This document shows, piece by piece, positions 1 through 11,600 of a stretch of 20,000 bases of DNA (position 1 is the stretch's first letter; every line of letters begins with the position of its first letter). The DNA lies in contig NC_057719.1 of assembly GCF_004010195.1 (NCBI RefSeq), positions 7,359,753 through 7,379,752 on the forward strand, written 5' to 3'. The notes under the pieces were generated by a model. The model searched no databases and was not told where the DNA came from. It was given only the letters and a program-made list of their open reading frames with translations. The position numbers and the translations under genes are program-made. Source of the stretch: Chiloscyllium plagiosum (lineage: Eukaryota).

Positions 1-988
1 TTCTGTTAACAGTCATTTTAATTTTGGCTACATTTCCACAATAATTGGAGAACTTGGACAATCTTTATATTTTAAAGAATGGATAAAGTTATTTCTTAAT
101 TACCTTTCTCTGTTTCATTACTGTTCTCTTAAATACTTTTCCAATGGATGGTGAGTGTGAAATCAGGAACACATTTTCCTTATCTGGCTCTCAAATATTG
201 TCCTCTGACTGCAGGGAGCGGCCCATAAACTAATTACATTTCTACAGTGGGGACATGTGAATGGAGGGACAGTAAGTATTTTGTGGTAACAGCATTCTCT
301 TAAATCCCATCTTGTTAAAATTAAGATCTGTGGCTCTCCAATCCAGCTGTGGCACATAAACACTAAACAATAAAGATGATAACAATAGTGAGGCCCTTTT
401 TTCTGCCAACGATGCTAATGGTACAATTACAAAGTGTGGAGACAAAAGAGAGAGGGGGGTGGTGGAAAATTTATTTTGTGTGTGCAGCATTCATCTAAGC
501 CAATACTGCTGAACTGATTTTGCATGGGAGACTTTTCTTCAGTAATTGGAACCAAGTGGACCTCATTAACTACTAGGTTCTTGATTGGGGTTTTTAACCC
601 AGGCCAATCAGGAAAGCCTTGGCTGACCAATGCATAACAGTTTCTGCACTCGTTGATTATTCATTGTGTACTACACTGACACACACATGATGTGGGTGCT
701 GGGGGAAAATAAGAACTGCCACTGTTTGGCGGTAGTTTGGGGGTTTATAAAAAGAAAAAATATATATAAATAAGGGATTCAGAATCTCCTCAGTTCATAG
801 GACCGACTAAAAAAAGGAAAAATATATATAAACAGAAGCTTTAGAATCCTCTCAGTTCATGGGACTGACTCCAAGCAGGCTGGCCACAGCCAGTATACTG
901 TAGGGAAAAGTTGTTTTTTGCCTTCCTTTTTTGTGTTTTTGTTTTGTCCTATTTCTCAGAGCTGTGTTCAGCTGCACCTATCATCAAC

Positions 989-1124
989 TAGGCAAAAGTG
1001 AGGACTGCAGATACTGGAAATCAGAGTCTACATTAGAGTGGTACTGGAAAAGCACAGCAGGTCAGGCAGCATCTGAGGAGCAGGAAACGACGTTTCAGGC
1101 AAAAGCCCTTCATCAGCCCTTCAT
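989..1124 (-). mobile_element. Short Penelope-type terminal fragment with hammerhead core, flanked by a 17-bp TSD
   Basis: Perfect direct repeat CTGCACCTATCATCAAC at 972-988 and 1125-1141. Minus strand reads CTGATGA-AGGGC-TTTT-GCCT-GAAACGTC, followed by the GATGCTGCCTGACCTGCTGTGCTTTTCCAG tail. Confidence 0.8.
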
Positions 1125-1300
1125 CTGCACCTATCATCAACACTACTACTGCTGCTGCTGCCTGATCCTACAAAAAAATATAACCAGGGGATTAGAATCT
1201 ACTCAGTCATGGACTAAGTCTGAGCTGGCTGGCCACAGTCAGTGTGCTGATGTACTAATGAAAGGTGACGGGGCCCTGCCTCTGTGCCATTATTTCAGCT

Positions 1301-1508
1301 TGTAGGCCTCAGATCGGGCCACTGTGTATGTGGGCCAACAGTGCTGTATGTAGGCCAGACATGTTCCATGTGCAGGCCGAAGATGTCCCATGTGTGCGGG
1401 CCGAAGATGTTCTGTGTGTATGGATCACAGATGTTCTGTATGTAGGCTGCAGATGTAAAGTGTGCATAGACCAAAAATGCTCTGTGTAGGTAGAAAATGC
1501 TCCATGTG
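1301..1508. repeat. Degenerate minisatellite, ~9 units of 20-28 bp (consensus ~TGTAGGCCGAAGATGTTCYRTG)
   Basis: Units start at about 1301, 1329, 1349, 1371, 1395, 1421, 1441, 1465 and 1485. Confidence 0.8.
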
Positions 1509-1904
1509 AAAGAAAAAACAAACAGGAGATTAGAATCTCCTCAGTTGAGGACTAATCCTAAACTGTGTACTGTGCATTAATAAACAAAGGATGATTTGAT
1601 GACGGGATATCAGCTTCTGTGCAGTTATTTCAGTGGTGACGGGAGAACACAGGACATGCCTAAAGAACTTTCGCTTGCAACTGTCATCTTGGAGTTCGGG
1701 TAGGCATTTCTGGCATCATGCCTTTATTTGGGAAGCTTGACTCATTTGACTCTGCTGTCAAAGTCTGGCCCCAGCATATGGAAACTATGCAATACTTTTT
1801 CAGGGCAAATGACATTGGGGCAGATGAAAAGCAATGAGTAATCCTTTTGACTGCGTGTGGGTCTGCAGCATTTTTGGTAATAAGGGGCTTAACTTTCCTA
1901 GAGG

Positions 1905-2062
1905 CAATAGTCCCAGTCTATTCTCTCTGTAGCTCAAATGCTCCAACCATGTCAACATCCTTGTAAATCTCTTCTGAACCCTTTCAAGTTTCACATCATT
2001 CTTTCAGCAGGGAGACCTGAATTGAATGCAGTGTTCCAAAAGTGACCTTACCAATGTCCTGC
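1905..2062 (-). mobile_element. CR1 LINE ORF2 C-terminal fragment
   Basis: Translates to KLERVQKRFTRML..LEHLSYRE.RLGL, the CR1 ORF2 C-terminal motif. It abuts and truncates the Gypsy gag. Confidence 0.85.
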
Positions 2063-2574
2063 AGGTATAGTAAGGAATTAGGAAAGCTCATAAAATACTA
2101 TCCTTTATTACAAGATGAGTAAATCAAATTGGCTGAGGACTGGTATATGTGACGTTGGGGACCTCAAAGAAGCTAAGGTAGATCATCCATTCAGCTTAAG
2201 GTTCCTCAGAAAGCAGTAGGGTATTGAATATTATAAGGTGGAGATAAATTCTTTTAAGGGAAGGGGCATCAAAGATTGTCAAATGTAGATAGAAATACAG
2301 AACACAAAACACAAATAGATCAACAATGGCATTATTGATTTGTGGGGCAGGCTTGAGGAGCCAAATAATCTATACAGGCTCCTAATTTGTATGTTCATCA
2401 GTATTTTTGTTGTGTTTGCTTGCCAAAAATCAGATCTGGGGTTATCATGTATACTGATGTCTAGGCCTTGTTAACAGTGGGAAAGAAAATAATTTATTTT
2501 CTAAGGAGAACTGTGTCTTTTTTGTGTCCTGCTGAACTTGCTACGTATGACCTCAAATGAAAATATTTCATCCT

Positions 2575-2920
2575 TCATTGCTCAGGTAGTAGTTCTTTTG
2601 TCTCTGTACCAGAGATTGTGGGTTCAGTCCAGAGACTTAAGCACAAACTTTATTCCAATTCAGTACTGTAGAAATGCTGCACTGTCACGGGTACAAATTT
2701 TTAGGTAAGATGTTCATTGAATAATGTCTGTCCTCTCAAGTGAATTAAAAAGATCCCATTGTATAATTTTGAAGAAGAGCAAGGGAGTTTATGTTGGTTC
2801 CTAGACCAGTATTCATTTATCAATCAGTAACACTTAAAAAAAAACATAATTATAAACATTTTGTTGTTTGCAGCAGCATGCTGTGCATAAATTGGCTCCC
2901 AAATTCCCTACAAGATTAAC
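2575..2920 (+). mobile_element. Deu-domain SINE (SacSINE1/AmnSINE-like), decayed
   Basis: tRNA-like head with a B-box-like GGGTTCAGTCC (~2620). Deu core CAGTACTG..TGCTGCACTGTC..AAAAGATCCCAT..TTTGAAGAAGAGCAAGGGAGTT, and tail GCTGTGCATAAATTGGCT. Confidence 0.75.
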
Positions 2921-3139
2921 CATATTTCAGAGAGGAGAGAATTCAACTGAAGCTCAGCTGTACTGTGAATGTGAACTGGATGGGTGTAAATTGATTGAGT
3001 CAGTCAGGTTTAGTGTCCCTTACCTAATTTTTGTTGATTGGAGTGGGAAAACTGTCTTTATTCTGCAACATGACATTCTGGCAATTATTCTGAAGATTTA
3101 TTTTTATCCCTATCCAAGCTATTTTAGCACAGTTACTAA

Positions 3140-4340
3140 GTGCCAATGTGGAAAAATGTTCAGATATGTCATGTCCACAAACTGTAAGACAAATCCAATC
3201 TGGGCAATTAACCCTTCATCAATTTCCTCTTGATTATGAGCAACAAGGGTGGAAGGGACAGTGCTATTGACAATGTAGGTACTCAGGAATAACCTGATCA
3301 CTGATGTTCAGCTTGGATTCTTCCAGGGTCACTCAGCTTCTGACTTTATTGCAGCCTTGGACCAAATACAGACAAAACAACTGAATTCCTTAGGCAAGGT
3401 GAGAGGGGCTGCCCTTGATATCAAGGCTGTATTTGGCCAAGTATGACATCAAGGAGCCCGAGGAAAATTCGAGTAAATAGAAATCAGATGGAAAACTCAA
3501 CACAGGTTGGAGTCATAACTGACACAATGGAAGATAATTATGGTTGATGGAGGCCACTCAGCCTCAGGACATCTTTGCAGGAATTCCTCAAGATAATGTA
3601 CTAGGTCCAACCATCTTCACCTGCTTCATCAATGACCTCCCCTCCGTTATAAAGTTAGAAGGGAGGATATTTGCTGATATTTGTTTAATGTTCAATTGTG
3701 ATTCTTCAGATACTGTCGCAGCCTAGGTTCATAATCAGCAAAAGCTGGACATTTAGCCTTGGTGTAATAAATGGCAAATAACATTTGCATTGTGCAAATG
3801 CCAGGCAATGACCATCTCAAACAAGAGAGAATCCAACCAGCTTGCCTTTGACAGTCAAAGGTATTAGAATTTCTGAATCATCCACTATCAACATCTTGGG
3901 ATTACCATTGATCAGCAATTAACCTGGACTAGCCATATAATATTGTGGTTTCAGAAACAGGTCAGAAGCAAGGAATTCTGTAGCATGTAATCCACCACTT
4001 GCCTCCCTAAAGCCTGTTGACTATCAAAAAGGCTCAATTTGGGTGTGTGATTGAATACACTCCATTTGTTTGGATAAGTACTGCTCCAAAAACACTCAAG
4101 ACACTCAACACCATCCAGGACAAAGAGCTCTATTAGACTGGCACCCCATCTACCATCTTCATCATTCACTTCCTTCACCACTCACTCACAGCAGCAGCAG
4201 GAATATGTACCCTCTACATGATAGACTGTAACAACTCCCCAAGGCTCCTTCATTAGTATCTTCCAAACCAATGACCAATACCATTGAGAAGTACAAGGGA
4301 AGAGGATGCAGGGGAGGATCACCACTTCCAAGTTCTCCTC
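3140..4340 (+). mobile_element. Non-LTR retrotransposon (CR1/L2 group) RT domain and 3' end, pseudogenised
   Basis: Broken frames give WKNVQICHVHK..DKSN, QLGFFQGHS, ALDIKAVFGQV*HQG, GIPQDNVLGPTIFTCFINDLPS and IFADIC (RT motifs). Confidence 0.85.
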
Positions 4341-5014
4341 CTAGTGATGCTCAAAGCTGTGCATCAGGTCATTGCAATGAATGGAAGGTCAATCTATAAT
4401 AGGATCTGAGTACGAGATGCAGAATGGTTAAAATGACAGGCTCAAAGTTATTGATTGTAAAAAACACACATGACATCAGTTAGAGCATAACACCTTTTAA
4501 TACATGTCTTGAAACAATAGACGTTAGACAGAGAAACATCTTTTTCAAAGGAAACATTTTATAAATGCATCCCCACTTTCAGCATAGCCAGAAGGTGGAA
4601 GGCTGGAGAGTCACAGCCACTGTTAATTGTTTTGCAGCCTGCTAGTCTGTCTTCATGATTTGATTATGTGACATGAAGCTAATGGAAAAAGAAGAATATG
4701 TTGCTAGCCTTTTCGTTCAGCAGTTTTTTACTATCATAAAGCTCTCTCATTAGTTTTGAGCAATAATTTCTTCCTCCCTTTCTCATACCACTCAGTATTG
4801 AAGGCAGTTAAAGAAGTGGCTGCTATAATAGTGAGTTCACAAGGATGGAAAGATGATTGAGTGATTAGAAATTTATTAATTGCTTAAGCAGACAGAGGAA
4901 TATTACAGATCAGGATATTAATGCTCTGTTGGCTATGAACTTCACATTTAACATCTGGGCATGAGTCCAGTTCAGATTAATGGAATTAATAAGAAAGAAG
5001 CTGATTATTGTTTA

Positions 5015-5445
5015 GCGGCCTTACCATCACTAAGTCCCCAACTATTAACATCTTGGGTGGGGTTACCATTAGCTGGGCTTGCATATGCATACTGTGGCTA
5101 CAAGAACAGGGCAGATATTGGGAATTTTGCAGGGAATCAAACACCTCCTGTGTCTCTAGTACCTGTCTGCCACCAACAAGGCACAAGTCAATGTAATGGA
5201 ATACTTCTCACTTGCTTGGTTGAGTGCAGCTCCAACAACACTCAGGAAATTTGAAAGCAATAAGGACAAAGCAGCCCACTTGATTCACACCCATTTCACC
5301 ACCCTCAACATTCACTCCCTTCTCCACCAATGTACAGTGGAAGAAACTGATTATCATCCATAAGACCCAGGTGCCTTTGTCAGCACCTTCCGAACTCATG
5401 ACCACCTAGAAGGACAAGTTGCATGGGAGCACCACACCATACTCC
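5015..5445 (+). mobile_element. Second, 5'-truncated copy of the same LINE family 3' end
   Basis: Colinear with 3875-4330 (ACTATYAACATCTTGGG..TTACCATT; GCTCCAAMAACACTCA; CATTCACTYCCT). Confidence 0.8.
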
Positions 5446-6159
5446 AGTTGGACTTGTTGCCACTTCAAATTTCTAGGCCCTGGGTGATGTTGCACAATTT
5501 ATTATGGTTTCAGATGGGATATCCCAAAGGGAGAAGTTCCTGGATGAGGGGGGATGAACTAGCCCCCTTATTTTATGCATTTGTCTCCTCAGTTGGTTGT
5601 AACAAGATTAATTTAGAAGGGATTTCTTTGTGCATGCCTTTATCCTAGCCCAAATTAACTTATATTTCAAAAGGACCCAATTTAAACAGGCTTTCTTGAG
5701 TTAATGTAATATTGCATTTACTATTTATTAAATTCTAGAAGAAATTCATCAAATCCTTTTTATTCGCGGGAGATGAGGCATAGACCTCCATAGTTAACAC
5801 AAAAACACAGACTGGACTATAATAGAAACACGTTATCTACCACAAAGGACTGTGCAAACTGTCGGGACATGTCAATTAGGAAAAAAGGAAATAGTGTGTG
5901 GGGCCGACCTTGTAAGTACATCTGTGAAGAGTGAATCTGCTTACAAAGAGTGAATAACATAACATAAATATGTGTTTATAAACTCGTTTACTTCAGGTGT
6001 GAAGGGACTTATTGCAGAGAATTGAGAGAGAATGGGTTTTTGGCAGCTGTAGACCTGCTCGATTCTCTTCTGATCTGACTTAGCTTTTCTCTGTCTTTCT
6101 GACAACCCGAGCTATTCAACTACCTGACAATCAATCACGTTGTTGTTAGCAGGCAGAGG

Positions 6160-6255
6160 GTGAACAGTTTTGGGCCCCTTATTTAAAGATAGAGATACTG
6201 GCATTGGAAACAGTCCAGAGAAGGTTCCCTAGGCTGGTGCTAGGTATGGAGATAT
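6160..6255 (+). mobile_element. CR1 ORF2 fragment
   Basis: QFWAPYLKIEILALETVQRRFPRLVLGM. Confidence 0.75.
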
Positions 6256-6437
6256 TCCAATAACTCTACAGAAACCTGTACCCTGTCACCAAGTTACCCT
6301 CCATTTACAGATGAAGAATCCTTGACTCTAGAACTGCCTCTTCAGAGTTAGTTCTCAAAGTGCCAGAACCTCTGACACACCTCCATCATAGATGTCTGGA
6401 CACTAATCTCCATGTCAATCAGCTTCACTTGTAAACA
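6256..6437 (-). mobile_element. Short Gypsy LTR remnant related to the 540-1632 LTR
   Basis: AATAACTCTACAGAAACCTGTACCCTGTCACCAAGTTACCCT matches the reverse complement of 1585-1632. Confidence 0.6.
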
Positions 6438-6794
6438 GTTTGGATCCAGTTTGTCTGCACATTGCTGTAACCCACAGCTTCACAAAACAGGGTTAATGAA
6501 AAGTATTGTATTCCTTGTTCTGAAAACATGCAGCTGTTCTTTTAAATCAAAACAATTCTTTGTCATTTTAGTCCACGGTTTTAAAAACCACTAAATAAAA
6601 AGACATGACATTTATAAAATGCTTTGTTTCATTATGTGCTGCTTTCACTCTGTAGCATGCATGTTGTATTGTTTGTTAGCTTCATCAAGTCAGTATCTCA
6701 GTTGAACAATATTGGCTTTGCATCTGGCATGGAATTCCTCCACACCACTGCTTCCATAAGCTCTTAAAAAAAATGACACTTCTACATCTTGCCA

Positions 6795-7850
6795 ATTCTG
6801 ATTTGATTGATTAATTATTGTGATGTGTACTGAGATACGGTAAAAAATTTTGTTGTGCGTGCTATCCAGGCAAATCATACCTTATGTTAAGACACGGGGT
6901 AAACTCTCTTGCTTAATTTAAAACCAGCAACACAGAAAACATTTATTCCATGCAGTAATCTGTGAAAAGTTGAGAGGCCAAGAACTATTTAAAGTAAAAA
7001 TTAACAACCTTATTTCTAACAGTATAGCATGGAATAATTAACTAAGACCTATTTACAACTCTGTCCTCTAACCTATCGTTTACCTTCCCCTTTCACAATG
7101 CTAGTCTGATAAAACTCCCAATTAAGATTTACAAAACAAAACTTCTTATCTCAAAACCAGGTAGCTTTCGGTTCTTCTGTTTGGAACTTTCAGTGTCTTC
7201 TTTTCTTCTTCTTAGGGATTCTGCTTCACAGGTTACTGATTGATAAAGGTACTTTTAAGAGAACTATTTTCTAGGCAGTCTTTTTACATGCTGGTAGCTG
7301 GGCAGTTCTGCTCTCAACTGTTCAATTTTCCCTGGTTTTGTACCCCTAAAGTATTGGATTGTGTCGTTGGATTTTAAGATTGTCAATATACTAAATTCAA
7401 ACTGGATTGGAGTTTGGTATTTTTCGGGATATAATTCGAATCTGTTTTGTTGTTTCCAGGCAATCAGTTAATTTAGCTTTCGACCAAGTATTACATTGTT
7501 ACCTTATTGAGAACACTTGGTGCTGTCAGGTAGCTCTACCAGCTTTTAACCCTCTTAAAGGTACAGTACACCCACATCTTCAAAACACTTACATAAGTAC
7601 ATCAGGGTCATAGAACAGAATACATGATATAATGTTACAGCTACAGAGAAGCTACAGAGAAAGATCAATGCTAATATATCACAGGTCCATTCATAAGTCT
7701 GATTACAGTGCGGAAGAAGCTATTCTTGAATCTGTTGGTAATTCTGATCTTCTGCTTGTGGGAGATCATACAACCAGGGTGGGAGGGGTCTTTGATTATG
7801 TTGGCTACTTTTCCGAAGCAGTGGAAAGTATAGATGGTGTTCATGGACCA
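6795..7850 (-). mobile_element. LINE 3' end (Rex1/Babar-like) interrupted by a solo LTR
   Basis: (GATT)n-like tail at ~6797-6812. Sequence reads continuously as CAAATCATACCTTA|CATAAGTACATCAGG once 6885-7591 is removed. Family assignment is from recall only. Confidence 0.55.
6885..7587. mobile_element. Solo LTR, 703 bp
   Basis: TGTT...AACA termini and a 4-bp TSD CTTA at 6881-6884 and 7588-7591. Confidence 0.8.
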
Positions 7851-8002
7851 TAAGAGTCCCTACAGCATGGGAGCAGGCCATTTTGCCCATTGAGCCCATG
7901 CTGACCTTCTGAAGAGTATCCCAACCCCTACCTAATTTCTGTCACCCCACATTTCCCATAGCTAAGCCTAGCCTGCACATCCTTGATCACTATGGGACAT
8001 TT
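7849..8002 (-). mobile_element. SINE 3' part with CR1-derived tail (HE1-like)
   Basis: TACAGCATGGGAGCAGGCCATTTTGCCCA resembles the CR1 3' ends at 10510 and 19010. CCTAGCCTGCACATCCTTG is a SINE body-like motif. Confidence 0.6.
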
Positions 8003-8759
8003 TATATTAATGGAGCTTTATAACAGCAACTTGTGATCCACTGAAGCTATCAGTTTTACACCTAAGATGTCAAAGGTTCATTATACTGTTTTCCTACAAC
8101 AGCTGATATGGTCTCGATAAAATGCTGTATGTGATGCTTATCAGGACCCAAAGTCATGACCTAATACATTATCTATGTTTCTCTCTCCATCAATGCTGTC
8201 TGACCTACTGAAAATTTCTAGTGTTTCCTGTTTTCATAATTTCATAATTCCAGCATCCATGGTGTTTTCCTGATGAATAACTGCTTTTGTTAACATGTTT
8301 TTCCCCCAGATTTCTTGCAACATGTCCAGTTTCACAATCATCTGAGCCAGTTCACAATCATTAGTGACTCAGTTAACCTGAAATAAGTCTGTACAGGTAA
8401 TCTGTAGTGACTCACTTCAGAGGCAGAGGCTGGTTCCCACCCAAACTGTTAAACTGTATTGCAGGTGTTGACTCATCTGGTTAAGCATATGTACATAAGT
8501 TTTTCTGCCAGGTTCTTCAGCATCATCTGCCTTTTCTTGCCGACATTTCTTTGTCACTATTCAAATTTTCCTCCAAAGGCCACATTTTGACATGTGACCT
8601 TGCTGTTTGATTAGTTGCCACTGTGATCTAGCTTTGTGTAAGTGATTTTTGAAAAATGGAATGGAAGGAAATTGCCTCATTAAATTTTTATTCTGCCTTT
8701 GAGTTGGCTGAAATATTGAATAAATGACTTATTCTTTTAAACTTATCGTGGATATTTGA

Positions 8760-8919
8760 GATAAAAACTGAAAGAACTTTGAATACTGTAAATCAGAGAT
8801 GAAAATAGAAACAGATCAGTTCTGAAGAAGGGTCACTAGACACAAAACTTTAACTTTTGATTTCTCTCCACAGATGCTGCCAGATCTGCTGAGCTTTTCC
8901 AGCAGTTTCTATTTTTGTT
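8760..8919. mobile_element. Penelope-type terminal repeat, two pieces in opposite orientation, with a decayed hammerhead
   Basis: 8801-8812 (AAAATAGAAAC) is inverted relative to 8905-8915 (GTTTCTATTTT). + strand AGTT-CTGAAGA-AGGGTC-ACTA-GACAC-AAAAC-TTT-AACT, followed by the GATGCTGCCAGATCTGCTGAGCTTTTCCAG tail. Confidence 0.7.
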
Positions 8920-9269
8920 ATGGATATTTGAAATATAGGCACATTGTATCGTCAAATTGCATGGAATTAGAAAGCAGTAATTTTGAGGGCAGCACAAGTT
9001 AAGGAGTGGAGATTTGGAGGACTACATCTTCTAACTTTTTCTGTAGATTCTTGCACAAACCAATTTTCCTCTAATCCTATTCCCTTCCGTATATTAGAAT
9101 ATCAGATGTAAAATTAATCTTCAATTTAAGTGCAAAATAGGTGCCAATGGAGTGACACCCAATTATTTTCATTCATTGAAGTCAACCAACTATATCTTTA
9201 AACTCTTCCTCTTTACCCATTTAATGTCTATTTTCAATTGCAAGTACAACTATTAGAAGATCTTGTTTC

Positions 9270-9625
9270 CCAATGCCTCAAACTTAAAAGTCCCACTCTC
9301 TGTGTTTAAATTCCTACAAGGCCCTGCATACCTCTGTAACCTTCATTTTCCCTACAAGCCTTCAAGAACTGTCTTTTCTTCTATCTTGCTTATCTATTCA
9401 GATCATCTGACCACCAGAGGCCATGCCTTCAGGTATCTAAACGCTGAAATTGTTCTCACCCAAAATTCTGTCATTTAATTTTCCCTTTAAGATTCTCATT
9501 AAAACCCATTTCTGACTTTGTTTTTAATCACCCATTTGTCCTGGCATTGATTTTTGTCTGATTTGTTTTTGCCAAAGTGAGCGAGGATGGTTTTCTGCTT
9601 AAAGGTGTTATTTAACTAAAAATTA
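9270..9625 (+). mobile_element. L2 LINE 3' end, old
   Basis: LKVPLSVFKFLQGPAYLCNL..Y.PSRT..TRGHAFRY resembles the L2 ORF2 C-terminus, followed by an L2-type tail. Confidence 0.65.
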
Positions 9626-9809
9626 CTACTGGAATCTGGCAGGTGTGACATCTGGCATATTGGTAATTATGTTAATGTTTTCATTTAATACTCTGTTGCA
9701 TTGTTTCTCCTACTCCTGCACTGCTTTCATTCCATAACCCTCATTCATCTCACAGCTCCTGTTACTTGGACACTGACCCTACTCTACTTACCTTGAAGAC
9801 CTTTACAGT

Positions 9810-10175
9810 GGGCGAAACAAAGGTTCAATCACCAGACTGATTCCTAGAATGGGAAGGCTGTCCTACAAAGCGAGGTTGAGCCTACATTCTGTTATTTAGA
9901 AGATTTGGAAGTAATCTTATCTAGTCTAGGCGTCTTAGTCTGAAATAATAGATTTCTTAGTTAGGAACAAGGAAGGGGAGAAATTCCATTCCTCAGAGGA
10001 TTGAGGATCTTTGGAATATTTTACCTGAGAGAGGGATCACATTCAAAACTAAGATCAATAGATTTTAGTAAACTAAGAGAATGATAAGATATGAAGATAA
10101 AGTGGTAGATGGAATTAAGGCAGAGGATCACACATGAACTTGTTGAATAGTGGAGAGGTCTCAATCTGTTCTATA
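9810..10175 (+). mobile_element. CR1 LINE 3' fragment, decayed
   Basis: TRLIPRMGRLSYKARL motif and a CR1-like 3' UTR. Confidence 0.7.
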
Positions 10176-10499
10176 CTCTGTACAACCTTGTATTTCTAAT
10201 GTTTCCCTTTTCCCATCCTCTTTTCATTCAACTTAATGCTATCAGCTAGCAGATGACTGGCCACTGTTAGTAGATTGACTGGCTATGGGTTTGGTTGCAA
10301 TCTGGTTGCTGACAAACAACTTCTGGAGATTGGTTGCTAACTTCATGCCAATATACCACCTCCAACACAGTGGGCTCTTATTCTTTGACTTAACCTTTTG
10401 TCATATACCTTGTTGAACCTGTTCTGATAGTTCAAATACAACACATCTACTGCTTCCCCTTAAACCACTCTCGTTGAGACTTCCTTAAAAAACTCTATT

Positions 10500-11045
10500 A
10501 GTCATAGAATCATGCAGCACGGAAACAGACCCTTCGGTCCAACCAGTCCAACCATTATCTCAAACTAAACTAGTCCCATCTGCCGGCTCCTGGCCCATAT
10601 CCCTCTAAACCTTTCATATTCACGTACTTATCGTAGTATCTTTTAAACAGTGTGACTGTACCCTCATCCACCACTTCCTAAGTAAGTTCATTTCACATGC
10701 GAACCACCCTCTGTGTAAAAAAAACCCATGTCTTTTTTAAAAATCTCTCTCCTTTCACCTTAAAAATATGCCGTCTTGTCTTGAAAATCACCAACCTATG
10801 AAAAGGATACCTACCGTTAACTCTATCTATACCCCTCATGATTTTATAAACATCTACAGTCACCTCACAACTTCCTATGCTACACTGAAAGAAGTCCCAG
10901 CTTATCCAGTTTTGCTTTATAACTCAAACTTCTCATTCCTGGCAACATCCTGGTAAATCTCTTCTGAACCCTCTCTAGCTTAATAATATCCTTTCTATAA
11001 TAGGGTGAACAGAACTGGACACAGTACTCCAGAAGAGACCTCATC
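10500..11045 (-). mobile_element. CR1 LINE 3' end (relatively young)
   Basis: LLEYCVQFCSPYYRKDIIKLERVQKRFTRMLPGMRSLSYKAKLDKLGL, with the 3' UTR hairpin region and tail at ~10500-10545. Confidence 0.9.
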
Positions 11046-11099
11046 CACACAGGAAGCAAAATTCTCAAACCTGTTAGACAAGTTCAGGGTTGAGAATTC

Positions 11100-11600
11100 T
11101 TCAGCACTACTTCTTCGATCCCTCTACTTGCCTTGCTCGTAGTCAAACCCTCCTGTCCCTGACCACTGATTGAATTTGAGGGAGTTTATCTAAAGTGTAT
11201 GATTGCCTCCTGAAATACAGTATCTAGGTAACTCTCCCCCTGCCCTGATGTGCCACAGTGTTCAAAGCTCAGACTCCAGCTCATTAACTCTCAGCTGGTG
11301 TTCTCAAGCAACCAATCCTTGCTGCAGATGTGGCCACTATGAACCAAAATGGGATCCATCGGCTCCCACATCATGCAGATACAACACATCACTTGGCCTT
11401 GCATCTTTATTTTGTTTACTTAGTTCTTAATTTTAAAAACATTCCTACTGGTCTTATAGTATTTAATCTCTAAAATATTTTTCCATTTATCTTTAATCTG
11501 AACATAGCATATAATTAATAGTCAAATTAGCAGCCGACAAACTTACAGTTTTCCTGTGATGTCACTCTTTATTTTGTGCTGGTCACTGATCCTGGGCTTC
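11100..11600 (-). mobile_element. CR1 ORF1/5' UTR fragment
   Basis: Minus frames give HICSKDWLLE and GESYLDTVFQEA, resembling the CR1 ORF1 zinc-finger/coiled-coil region. Confidence 0.6.

Larger units (their letters stand above)
540..1903 (+). mobile_element. Gypsy/Ty3 LTR retrotransposon 5' fragment: expanded LTR, PBS and gag N-terminus
   Basis: AATAAA at 1579, LTR end ..TTTCA at 1632, PBS-like TGGTGACG at 1634. ATG 1718 gives MPLFGKLDSFDSAVKVWPQHMETMQYFFRANDIGADEKQ*VILLTACG, a Gypsy gag-like N-terminus with a stop. 545-630 is homologous to the reverse complement of 19470-19560. Confidence 0.8.

Noticed and set aside
931..1305. 124-aa ORF
   Set aside because: Non-ATG start; crosses a TE insertion and LTR repeats; no recognisable domain.
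757..1570. Repeat-spacer pattern resembling a CRISPR array
   Set aside because: Eukaryotic context, degenerate repeats, irregular spacing and no cas genes. Explained by LTR module duplication and a minisatellite.
2868..3233. 121-aa ORF
   Set aside because: Non-ATG start; spans a SINE tail and the LINE start; no coherent protein.
4961..5254. 97-aa ORF
   Set aside because: Alternative-frame read of the decayed LINE 3' end.
5488..6160. Possible additional solo LTR
   Set aside because: Looks repeat-like, but no matching termini or TSD could be established.
8410..8630. Possible minus-strand coding exon ending at GTGAGT
   Set aside because: No convincing acceptor and no recognisable peptide.
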